Of a stretch of 64,000 bases of DNA, positions 45,859-57,658 are shown one piece after another. A program made the position numbers and the translations under genes. Under the pieces are notes generated by a model. That model saw only the letters and a list, made by a program, of their open reading frames with translations. It ran no database searches and was not told the origin of the DNA. The DNA lies in the NCBI GenBank assembly GCA_026914245.1, contig CP110440.1, forward strand, positions 1,364,001-1,428,000. The letters are read 5' to 3'. This stretch comes from Puccinia triticina. Taxonomy: Eukaryota. Position 1 is the stretch's first letter. Each line of letters starts with the position of its first letter.

Positions 45859-48800
45859 TCATGCAAGGTCACTCACCGCGGTACCCAATCCAACTGCACT
45901 GATTGTCTTTGCGGCAATACCGAATGTTCCCCCTATGTTGCGCATCATAGCTGCATGCCCAATCACCCGATTTGCCTCAACTACCACAGACGCATCATGA
46001 TCGTCCCTGACCAGATGACAGTTGAGATTGGGATAGTCACCGTATGGATCTTTGAGTCTTTGGAGTTCCTTGAATGGGTTCACAATGAACCACCTCTGCT
46101 GAGGTGTTTGGTCAGATTCAAAGATGTGCTCTATCTGACCAAATCTTTGGTCCTTGCCCAAGTGAAACTCCACCATGCTGTTACCTTCATGATGCTCAAC
46201 TGCCGTGAAGGTCTTGCGGTTGATCTGAAAGCTTCGGAGCACTTCCACCGTGGGATCGAGGTTTTGCATAGCTGGAGTCAACTCAAGTTTGGCTCGTGTG
46301 CCTTCTTTTCCGCAGACCGCACGTTTCCACTTTTGCAACGTAGGCTGATCCAGGGTTAATTTGACCGGTGTTTCTGTATCCTCCTCCACAACTTCGGAGG
46401 AGTGTAACCCCTGTGTGTTGCGGCGAAGCAAACACAAATTTGAGTTGATATGCCACTTGTGCAACAACGTCCTGGGAATATCGTCTGCAAAACATCAACA
46501 GTACATCAGGACCTGTTCCGCGTAGTAACATCGACAGAAATTTACACGAACCAAGGTGATGATTTGTGGTTAACCTCTGTAACATCCCGTTCACCCGCTC
46601 CTGCGCCCACGCCGCGGTTGATCGGGGAGGGCCAAACCTCCTGATAACATCGGAGAAGTGCTGGGTAAGATGCAGATTTGGTTTGCTGGTTTTACCAGGC
46701 CATCCTTTCTGCAGACAGTTTCGGTAACTCAATATCAAGCTATCGAGCTCTCTGAGATCTCGGACGTGAATGCTCGGAAGAGTCAGGAAATGGGCAATTT
46801 TACCCAGTGTGGAGGTTGATTCTAGCAGGGCCAAGATTTGTTGTTCGCTTTCCGGCGTAGCAGCTTCCCCGAGAGACTTTACCCAGAGCGGAATGAGAGC
46901 AACAGGATAGTAGACCTTATATAGGATCAACCACTCGGCTGCCTTCAGTGATCCGTGAGTCGCAGAGCCCAAATTGTGAGGCACTCGATCAATCCACGAT
47001 GGCAGAACAGTATGTAGGATGGTCCTTTGGACAACATCTAGTTCCTCCGGCAGAAGCTTGGGGTGATCCTTATCTTCAGCCGCTGCGACTGAGGCGAGAG
47101 TCCCCCTTTGCATACCTGTGACAGTGTAGTCACTTCCGGTCTCTTCATCACTGTTGCTCGGATCCTCATCTGGATTCAATTCGTAAAGTGCCTTCTTCCT
47201 TAGGCGCAGCGAATAGGAATGTGTTGATGCCAAATCAGAGCTTTCCCCGGGCCGGGCTCCGGAGGTGCCAGAGGAATCCAAGTGACTAGGAGGGGGGGCA
47301 CTCGGACCAGCCTCATGAGGTGCACTTGAACGGCTCTTTTTGGTAGGTCTTTCGGCTCTTGGACTTGCGGTTCCCGAATGATCTAGCTTCCTCTTCCCTT
47401 TTGACTTTCTCGACACACCAAACCGCTCGTTGAAAGGAGGCTCAGTGTAAGATTTACTGTTCTGCCATGCATCGTCTAGCTCTTGCATGGACTTGAGTTG
47501 TGCCCCCGCTGCGGGCAGAGACAGGAACTGCATGCTGTGGTCTTTCAGATCACCCAGGACCAAAGCATGCATCAGTTCCACCGAGCAGTGTTGAATGGGT
47601 CGCCAGTAGGGCAACTTGTTCAGGACACTCCACCGCGCGCCCTTCTCTTTGGAGAACCGCTTCCTTTCCGTGAAATTTTCCAATTTCTGCCACTTGGAGG
47701 CGTTTTGGAGGTGAACATCATCCGTCCGACAAAGAAACTTGTCGGGATCCGTCTCATCTATTGCTGATTTTGGTAGCAGACAGAAAGAGCAAAACAAGGT
47801 CGCCGCGTGACTTCCAAATCCGGCAGTCTTACGAAGCGCCGGTAGATCTGCAATGAGCGGGAAAACCGCAACACGGATGGTCCTCCCAACGACAGGAAGA
47901 CTGGCAGACTGCAATGCAACCCCCTTCCAGAATTCCTTCAGCTCATCAACAAGAGGTTGCAAAACGTGGTTGAGTTGCTCCTGTCTAGGTTCCTTGGGGC
48001 CTGGGATAATTCTGAAGAGGAAAATGTTTTCCGGTTTGTATCGATGAGTTGCGGGTAGATTCAGGCAGACTAAAGTGATTGCCCCAACGGTTGTGTGTTT
48101 TCCCAGATTCGAGCTTCCTTCCGGGCCAAACCAATCGAGATATAAACTGAAGACAAGGTTCCCAGAAGTTTGTGTAAATCGTCCAGTGCCGTCATCTGAG
48201 TTGGGAAATTCGCGCCACACACAACCGTGCCAGACATCTTCCATGGGTTGATCTTCCTGCCAGTTGTTTGCCGCCAGACTGAACTCTAACAAGGCCTCAA
48301 AAGAAGGTTCCAGGAGGCGTCGCCGTAACCAAGACTTGAGAGAAACGTAGTTGAATGTTCGAACAGGCGTTTCGTGACTGCTCTGATTGATCTTGTAAAG
48401 CGGCTCGTCACAAGTTGGAGTGAGTTTTTGCGACTCAGCCCACTTGCAATAACCCTGTTTAGGTGACAGGTAACGTTCTGTACATTGTTTACCCTTCCCA
48501 TGTACGGTTGCCATTGGGTACAATTTGAAACAATGTACACAACATACTTGACTGGTCACCTCAGGGTTCAAGCCAAGCCAATGGAATACCGCCTCCTGCG
48601 TCTTTGGGATTTGTCGGACGATTGTGCTTGTGTCAATTTTTTTCCGAAGGGCCGAGCAACACAACGTTTTCACGGGCAGCTTGTAAGAAATCCACCGCCC
48701 CTGCCTTGCTGAGCCTGTTGGAGAATACCAATGACGCCATTTGGATCATCACTTGTTTGCAAAAGGCCTCATCCAGATAGACTAGTGTTGGATTTGGGGT

Positions 48801-49119
48801 GCCTCCTGAAACAGAAGTCGAGGCCTGCGGAGCACCCTTCAAATGTCCCCAGGTCAGCTGCCCAATCCTCAACGTCGAAGTCTCGGCAATGCTGATTTGG
48901 ATTTCTACTCACTAAATCTTGGTTCGAGGGTCCTGAGAAATCTGCTGGTTGAGCCACGGTGCGCCTGGACAGCTCCAGGGCCACTTGCATCTGGTGCTTG
49001 TCAAAAACCCTTTTGGACACGACCCTGCCCGCGACAATGACTCTGTCTTCCTCCTCGTGTTGCATGGTCTTGCACCCGGCGGGTTCACAATGACAGACAT
49101 ACTTGGGTGGGTTCACCAT
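45859..49119 (-). pseudogene. CACTA/EnSpm Tnp2-like transposase (apparent frameshifts near the 5' end; intron ~46488-46551)
   Basis: GNLVFSLYLDWF...VGAITLVCLNLP...YKPENI...IPGPKEP...LQPLVDELKEFW; IADLPALRKTAGF..H....CSFC; ELMH; KPNLHLTQH....RRFGP...WAQERVNG. N-terminal CHC...C. Confidence 0.85.
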
Positions 49120-49859
49120 ACTTTGAATCTATGCTGTGAGTATAGAGGTTTGGAGGGTAAGTAAAATATTTTGACTTGAAAAATATCACAAATTAAAGTC
49201 ACGCCGGACTGGGATGACCACTGCTGTACTCCTAAAACCACAGTTAATACTTCGGCCAATGCATGTGTGGGCTGTGTTGTAGAAGATTGTACAACCACCA
49301 CAAACTGCCTAATAGCCACTCAATATGCGCTGCTATGGCCAGCTCCACGGCCTCCGCAAATCTTTGATTCACAAAGCACCCCTGCCCTTGGTCCATCATG
49401 CCATTGACACACAGCCAAGGCAGCCTATCTGATGACTTGCTGCCTGCCCGGCTTGGCACATGATTGTACTCCTCATGTCTCAACACAAACACAATTAAAC
49501 GTGGGGAGATGAGTTGCACTCGTGTCATCGCAACCTGTCTCCAGGCCAAAACCGCCTTTAACTCCACCAACTCGTCGTTGGCCACTCAACATAGTTGAGT
49601 CGCAATGACGAGATTCAGGCCCACTCTAGCTCCCCCACTTGTCCCGGCATTGAAAAGCTGACCTTGTGGAACCCTTGCCTATCGTGTAAGTGTGCTGGAC
49701 CCGTTCTGATAAGGACGTAATAGGGGTTATGGAGCCAGAGGCGTTTATATTCTCCCGCGCACTAGGGCCTTGTCCCAACATCAGAGAAAGCTCATTCTGC
49801 CAACACCAATCCATCACCCATCCACCGTGCCTCTCTACTCATCAGATCAAACTCAGGAA

Positions 49860-50240
49860 ATGAACAACCCTTCTGTGTTCAATCCTAGTCAGCTTCAATG
49901 GCTTCGAGAGAAGCAGAAACTTGTCGACTCAGAAATGGACCGCGTCGAAAGGGAATCAGCCACCAACGATAACAACTGGACCAATTGGAACCTTGCTTAC
50001 CAATTTCAAGGCAAGTTGTACGCAGATGCGCATGGAATGAAGATCCCCCGATGGGCAGTTCCAAATGTGACAGCGACCTGGAACGCAATCAGGATGCGAG
50101 CCGGAAGAGGTATGTGCAGCAGAAGACCCACCTCTTCTCAGTGACTGACAGAATCTTCACCCATCCACTTCCCGCCTCCAGGTCCGGTTAACTTTGAGAC
50201 GGTATCTGCCCCTGAGGGAGTGACACCAGGACGCAGTTGA
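49860..50240 (+). CDS. Small hypothetical cargo protein (two exons)
   Basis: MNNPSVFNPSQLQWLREKQ...RAGRG with GTATGT donor at 50110 and CAG acceptor at ~50181. Confidence 0.4.
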
Positions 50241-51671
50241 AGTGTCAATGAACATTTGGAACACTAGGGTGGGGGTGAAGTTCTTTTGTTTATCCAGAAG
50301 CAAAGTCCCGCTTTTCTCACCACTTCAAAATCCCCATACAGTGCACAACTGCAAGCAGTCAATAAATTTGTCAATGGGAACCGGAATTAGCGTTGGTTGA
50401 ATAATGACTTCAAGCATAACATGTCACAAACTCCTCATGTCGCTGCTACATGTGCCAACATGGTGTAGTGCTTGCCAAGTTTCATGTTCACAAGTGATGG
50501 AGAGCAAGGCAAATGCATATCTGCAACAGTGTCATGACCAGGAAATTGTATTCTCTATGCTCTCGTGCAGCCGCCTGGCACCCAAGGTGTGCTACCCGGC
50601 AACAAGCGAGCTTGTTGTGGTGCCATCGGCTACTTTGTCCCGCTTGGCCGTTTGCCTAGTCAGCTGTGCAGAAGAGCTTGTCGCAGCACTCCACCTGTGT
50701 TGTACTTCTCCCCGCCACACAACCTACATACGCATGCCGCACAGCTATCTCGAAACCCAGGCCCATGGGATTGCATTAGCTAAGCTGGCTCCCCTAAGCG
50801 CGCGAGCCAGGTCCAGGTGATGGCGTGCATTGCTGACCGTTGGCCTGATCAGAGGACCTTTTTTCAGATCTGACGATCACTAGCTTCATAACATAACCTC
50901 TCTGCTTTGAGCTGACTGATCACAAACGCAGGAACCCAACATCTTAAGACAGGTCAGGCAGGGAAGGGTTGTCGTAACCCAGGAGTCCCAGATGCTAGAG
51001 GGAGTCCACTGGGCTGGCCGTTTGAGTAACAATTGCCCGACTTCAACAGGACTATGCTGGGTTTCCGGCATGGCTGGGCTGGAGGGCCACTTGTTCAGCT
51101 GGGTCCGGGCTTCCAGCGGTGTCTTCTGAAAGGACTCATGGGCAATGTGGAAGAAACAAGAGGCTGCCGGCCAAGGGACTTCCTCTGTTTCAATCTTCAG
51201 GTCCAAAAGGCCATAGTAGTTACAGCACAAAAACACGAATGAGCCAACAACAGGTTTCAGGAGCGGTTAACGAGGGCGTGTCCGCCGTCATGTTCGGCCG
51301 AACTGGGCAGTGGACATCCGCCAGGGTGCGACACCTCATCAACAACGGCATTCACCGGTTGGTTTACATATTGGGCTGTCACAGTTGACAGTACGCCCAT
51401 GGTGGCGTGCCCCTGTGTCCACCCTGATGTTCGTCCGGGCGTCAGGGTGGACACCGTGGTACCACTCACCAACCAAGCTCTGCATGCCGGCCGCATGAGG
51501 CCAAATCATGACAAACTCCCCCCATTGTGCATATTATGTATGCCTCACCCCTTTCAGTGCTCAAATTGACCACCATCCCTTGTTCCCAACGAGCTCGCAC
51601 CTTGCCACAAAAATATGATAAATGCCACCTTCCTTGGGGCGTTCCTGCCTCCATCGAATCACCTGCCCTCA

Positions 51672-52776
51672 ATGCCACCATCCAAGCGCAACTTCCTAGA
51701 CGGCAAGCCCGCGCGTGGAGTTGCTAGATTGAATGCCACGTATTCGACCATCCTCCCAACCTCCAACTCTCCTTGCGCTCGAAGCATGTCCGCTTTCCTC
51801 CGAACTCTCCTGAATTTAGTCACTTCCCCTTCAAAAACACCCTCAGTCGATTGGAAGGCCCATCCGTCCGCCCACAGCTTCCACGTTGGGTCTAACTTGC
51901 CCAACTCCGTCCTTGTCCACGACATAAACCCAATTCCACCTGAAGCTTTACTTACCAAAACTCAGACTGTCCACCCGACTTTTCGCAAGCTCTTCCATGA
52001 GGACCTCTCAAGATCTGAATTCCCCGGTTCTTCTTTTGTCTGGGATCTTCCTTGGGACGGCCACTGGAATCAGCTGTTTGCTCAATTCATCCTCAAGCAC
52101 TGGCGCAACGCCTACCACGCAGGGGCATTCAAACAGTTCTTTATTGATCCGGCGGAGGCCACAAGCACATCCATCCAACTTGGTCTTCTGCATCGGTGGT
52201 TCATCGGTAGACAAGAAGGATTCAGGCTCGGCAAATTTTCTCCAGAAATGAAAACAAAAAAGCGACACTCTGAACACAAGTCCAAGATGCGCATGCAGGT
52301 ATGCCTCCGCACCTACTCAGGGTTATATTTCTATTAACCTCGCATCTGCTTCATTATAGCTTCAGCAACATCGTCAAGAAACCCTTCATACACTTCCGGT
52401 TCTCCCCGCAGTCAAAAACCTTTTTGACAACATCAAAGCTACCTCTGACACCGAAACGACACCCACCAAGACTCTGGTAAAGGTGCCCCTACCTTGGTGA
52501 TCAGATCAATTTACCGATTTTGCTCAGAAGTTGGATAGGATATACACCCAGAAGAGGATCACCACTAATGGACAGATTTTTGTACATGCGGTCACCCTCA
52601 AGGCTCAAAGACAGCCATCTGGCCCCGCCTCCTCAACCAGCGTCAGAAATGTACCGCGTCACCTCCCGGCCAACTGTTATTCCCCAACATACTGGTCCGC
52701 ACTATCTGAATCGGACATGCAGCTTCTCAATCCACAGGCTCCGGTCGAATGGCCACACTTAGAAACCATTGGGTAA
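51672..52776 (+). pseudogene. Cargo ORF family paralog 2
   Basis: FVWDLPWDGHWNQLF...LLHRWF...|intron ~52299-52359|...TSDTE...PW*SDQF...LDRI...VPRHLPANCYSPTYWSALS. Same motif order as 43668-45092; TGA at the W-R-S position. Confidence 0.65.
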
Positions 52777-52799
52777 ATTCTGATCACTCCAGTGAGTTG

Positions 52800-55138
52800 A
52801 ATACATACAAATCATTCAAGGAGGTTGGTCATCAACATCTGAGCACATTCGTACTGTTCATTTCCTCCAGTTGGTACGCTCAGCCTGCCCCCGCACCGCT
52901 ACTCAGTTCCACCCCTCTGACAGCGAACCAAAAACAGGAAAACAAAAAAACTTACAACGCCAACTCCCCTTTCCGCCTCTGTGCCTGAAATATGTTCATC
53001 TCCAAAGTTCCTTGAACATAGTAACGATAAACAAAAACCGGATTCGTCTGGCCCAAGCGGTAGAGTCGGTCAATAGCCTGAAATTCACTCGCAGGATTCC
53101 AGCTTGGTTCCTGCGACCCACATGTATATTAGCTTGGCCCATGTTCAATCCATTCAATTGTTATGTACCATCAGGTACACATTCTATGCACATCGGAGAT
53201 CAATTCCTACCCCTGCCGCTCCGAGGGATGCCAGTAAGACATTGCAACTTCCGTCTGACCGAAATCTTTTGAGGTTCTCATCACGTTGTTGGGGACTCAA
53301 CTCTCCATTGAGCCAAGCCAGTTGGATTTGATGATCGCTGAGAGCATGTTCGATGCTGTGAAAAAAGAACTATCAGAGTGTGTTACATTACCACTTGTGA
53401 TGACTGTCCGCTCACATTTGAAGAAATGCCACAAAGTTGGAAAATACTACTGCCTTGGGATGTCGAATTCCGTGGTCTCCTGTTAGGAATGATTGCAGAC
53501 TGTTCACTAGATGGACAATCTTTCCGGAATCCTGCCATCTCCAGGTCGGTTGGAGCAGCATTGTATGTCGGGCGAAGATGGGATGATTACAGAATTGGCG
53601 AATCGTTGCCAGTTGACGGAAGAATTCAGAGGGGTTCCACGGCGTCTCGGAAGTCCTCAGCCTTCCGAAACTCTGGATAAAGCTTTGATGCAGTTGCTGT
53701 GAGACTTCCTCCCATTGGGCACTGTTCTGGACCAGTATGCCGTTTTCAACCTTTTCCGGCAGCGTCAGCACCACAGCCTTCGTTCTCCTCAAACAGATTG
53801 CTTGCATCAATTTTGTCAGACTGTTAATAGCCTCAGGTTCCCCGGCCGCGATTTTTGGTATCAGGCATTGTTTCCAGATTGGTTCTTGGTCCCACGGGGC
53901 ACACTTCAACATTGCTATCAAGCTTTGCAGGTCGGCCAGGCGGTTTTGGAGCGGTGTCCCCGTTAAAAGTAGTATAAACTGCGCCTGCAGTTGCTGGATG
54001 TGATGCGTCCGATGCGAACTTGGATTCTTGATCAGGCTAGAATCATTCCAGGCAATCAGTTTCTCTCCACAGTTGGCAATGAACTTCTTACGCACTGTGC
54101 TTCATCCAGTACAATCCTGAACCAAGACAGATTCTGGGACTGAATTGTGGACTGGTCTTGATTCCCCCTCCCTCCAATCATCTCGTAAGTTGTCAGAACG
54201 ACCATCGACGTCTGCAGATCCGTTCTACTTAGCTTCCTCCGGTTGGGTCCATGGAAAACACAAAAAGAAATTGTCGAATCTGAAAAGTGGATTTTGATTT
54301 CATTCTCCCAATTTGATAGGGTGGCAAGGGGGCAAACAATCAGCGCAGCGGCTGAGTGATTTTCCCAGTCGGCCCAATGAAACTCGGCGGCCAAATCGCT
54401 CGTCAACAGCACGTAAGCTAGAGTTGTCAATGTCTTGCCGAGAACCATGTCATCAGCAAGAATCGATCCTTGGGATTTGCATTCTTGCCAGTCCCCCAGG
54501 TTCACGCGACATCGATGCATGAAGTCACGGAGCCACGCATTAGCAGGGTGATTCCAGAGTGATAATGGGTCAAATGCGGAGGACTCGTTTTTTCTTATGA
54601 AATCGAGTGCATCAAGCTGATGCGGCTTCAACTGGGTTCGGCATTGTTGAAGAGCTCCTTCGGCCCATGCTCTTCGTGCTGTCGCATCATCCGCTCGCTG
54701 GTTGATGACAAGATGTGGAATGTTGAAGAACACAGCTGGGTTGTAGTTCCAGATTGGTATGAGCTGAATCTGTGCTGCTGCAAAAGCTCGTTGAACCCGG
54801 GTGATGTGTTCTTCCCGGCTGAAGACACAACCACGCATCTCGGCCTGGACACCGTTGTTGACCACGAAAGCGCGCAGCTTGATGAGGCCAATATCGGTTG
54901 GTGGTATCTCGTTGCAGTTGACGGGAGTAGAGCAAGTCGACACGGGCCCAAGTAAATGACACAGCTGCTTGCTTGCTATCTGGCTCAAATCTCCTATGTA
55001 TAGTTTTGGTGCGCAGTATACGTGAAGTCGGTGTCGACCTCGTTGAAGAAAGCTGGCTTGTGGTACATGACTATGCGAGGCCGGCAGAGATCCAGATACC
55101 GGGGTGATGAACTGGCCGAGACAGAAGGTCCTACTCAT
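52800..55138 (-). CDS. SNF2-family ATPase/helicase, Rad5/Rad16-like but lacking the RING insert; transposon cargo, possibly inactivated
   Basis: QLKPHQ; GSILADDMVLGKT (I); LIVCPLATLSNWENEI (Ia); VVLTTYE; WFRIVLDEA (II); LLTGTPLQN (III); RQFCNHP; KAVVFSNF (IV); EPSWNPASEFQAIDRLYRLGQ (VI). Several short introns; 3' end approximate. Confidence 0.9.
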
Positions 55139-56831
55139 TGCTGAGGCACGACGGGATTGCTTATGTCAATGATTGATGAGGATCAGAGCAGGTAGAATCC
55201 AATCAGGTTTTTGGTGTGGCTTTGTGATGCCAGCGAAGATCCAACCACTTCCCCAATATCCAGCCCTCACCCAGATACCACAAGTGTGGGCCCTCAACCC
55301 TTGCATGTTACGGTTCCTTTGAAGCAAGCTTGCAGATATTGATATCCCATGATGTAAGCAAGAGCTGAGCGACATACAGTGAGATATGACTTAAATTCTA
55401 CGCACACTGATACAGATGGGGGCTCCGGGACTGGCTTTGCTGTCAGGAGTATGGTCAAATTCACCTTTGTCAGGAGAGTCAATCACCCAACCTTTCCCCT
55501 CATGTAGGAGCCTAAACAACAGAGCAGTACATGGAAATGAATACCATGGTATATATGTAATTGGTGCTGGGGCAGGGCTAAACTTGAGGAGAGGGCCGCG
55601 GAGCCTCATCATAGCGTCCGGTTGCACTTCTGACGGGAGGTACTCAACACCGGTTGATATTGAAAAACTCCTTGTTGGCTATGTTGAGCACAGTTGTTTA
55701 ACCCGACTGCTACAATCTGCTACAAATTACTTGGCCTAGAACCAACCCGCGACCGCACAGAACCCGGGTGACATATCATGCTCCAGTGCTGTCTTGCCCT
55801 CAGAACAGGCGGGCAGTAGCCACAATCCATTGGATGAACACTACATCAGCCACTCAGAAAGTGGCAGATGTCCATTGTTTGGGTTTAATGAATCTTGGTA
55901 TTGGGTTGGTGTTCATGGGGCAACTCGGGGGTCAGCACCCCGACCTGAGTGGGGTTTCTTGTGGATATTCATACCTCTGGCTGGTCGGCCTAGGGTATCG
56001 TGCTGCAACTGGGTTGAGATCCTCAGATATCAAGTTGAGCGGTCACAGGAATTCAAAAAATATCCAAATGATAGAGGTAGTGTAACCCCTGACAGAAGCG
56101 GTGGATAAGCTGGAGTTTCTTGGAGTTTGTTCTTTCAGGGAGTGTCTCAAAGGTAGTTCATGACCTCTCCTTATTTCTTGGTCAAAGACGGGTCAGCAGT
56201 TGAGCTGGTGCCTGTATTTTAGAAATTCTTGGGAAGATTATACTTACAGGATACAGAATTCCAGATGGCAGCATGGGATCACCATCATCTATTTCTTGAA
56301 TTCTCCCCATGACCACTTAAGCGCATACCATAAGTATGATCCCATCATGCCCTTGATCCAAGTTACACATCAGTTCAACCTCACTTGGGTCTTACTTACA
56401 GGTCAACATCAAACCCAGTTCAGACATAAACCATGACAAAATTATAGCTTGGCACTCTCCAGAGAGTGCCACCAATTCCCCCCTGGTGTACGTTACCAAA
56501 ATTGCGCGGATAACGCAACATAACATAACTACCCTTTGTTGCAGGTACCAATGCAGGAATAAAAGCTTACCCAGTTGAATGAGGGCCAAGGGGGTCAGTG
56601 GGACAACAGTGGAGATCGGTGTGGTAGATGGAAAAGTGAAAAATCAAAAGTTTTTCTCATACATATATTTACTCACCCTAGACGTCAAGATACCACCAAA
56701 AGGACCTCATAAATTGATTCTACGGCCAATTTTACCCCTAGTCACCACTGGAAGTGTCACTGGAACCCCCCTGGATTGGAAGTTACACCCTCTTGGACCC
56801 TCATGGACACGGCCAGCCCCAGTCATCAACC

Positions 56832-57658
56832 TGTCACAACCCTCAAGTCACCTTTCCCAGGTATACACATACTCAGACCCAGGCAAACACATACTCTTTT
56901 CTATCCCTCTTATCTCCACTGCTTATGCAGGGGACCAACCCCATTTCTTCTGTATTTGACACGTCCCCGCTTTGTTTATGCACTCCTTGCATTAGTATGA
57001 CATCATCTTTCATTTCTCACCCCACTTTCTGCCTGTATTTAGTATCTTCTGACACCACTTGTACGCAGCCCACCAGCTCAAACCCCTCATCCAGGGTCCC
57101 CCTTGTAGCTAAAATCCCTCACCTTTGTCTATATAAGGAGCTCTCCTCCCCCCAGTTGTTTTCCCTCAGTTCAGTACCCACCAGTTATACAGATATCACC
57201 CATTAGCCATTATCATCATCCTTACACTTTTATAACATACCATATCATCCCTCTTATCTGCAATAACCACTGAGCTCACTCTCACATTCTCATACTCTCA
57301 TATCACTGGTTGCATATCACGCACCTGTCACGAGTTACCCGGTTCCTGGTTCAACTCCCAACTGAGACATATACCCTTCTCAGTCCAGACACTCTTCTCA
57401 ACTTCTTATATCACCCTCTTGAGGACCTGTGTTCAACCCCCACCGGAAACATCAAGTCAACTTTCACCCTTTCCATCATCATAAACCCTCTCAACTCTCA
57501 CATACCTGTAATCAAACAACTTCATCTGGAACTAGACCAGACCTATCACTTGATTAAAACTTGCCAAGCTTAGCTTGGTGGGTCTTGTTATCTGATAGTA
57601 TAGAAGGGCAGAGTTTGCACCTCCATCATCCCCTTCTCCATTCAGCAAAAGGGTTTCA
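56832..57658. mobile_element. Solo LTR (827 bp)
   Basis: TGTCACAACCC...AGGGTTTCA, internal TATATAAG, 5-bp TSD CAACC at 56827-56831 and 57659-57663. Confidence 0.75.

Larger units (their letters stand above)
34651..56488. mobile_element. Giant (21.8 kb) CACTA/CMC-type DNA transposon with multigene cargo
   Basis: Perfect 39-bp TIR CACCAGGGGGGAATTGGTGGCACTCTCTGGAGAGTGCCA (34651-34689; inverted 56450-56488). 3-bp TSD TAC. Internal Tnp2-like transposase. Confidence 0.92.
34308..56541. mobile_element. ~400-bp MITE with 7-bp TSD, split by the CACTA element
   Basis: TIR CAACAAAGGGTAGTTA at 34308 and inverted ending at 56541. CAGGTAC duplicated at 34301-34307 and 56542-56548. TAACG/CGTTA-rich interior on both sides of the inner insertion. 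Confidence 0.82.

Noticed and set aside
34651..56488. Starship or Maverick/Polinton giant element
   Set aside because: No tyrosine-recombinase captain, retroviral-type integrase or protein-primed polymerase was seen. The TIR, 3-bp TSD and Tnp2 motifs indicate CACTA/CMC.
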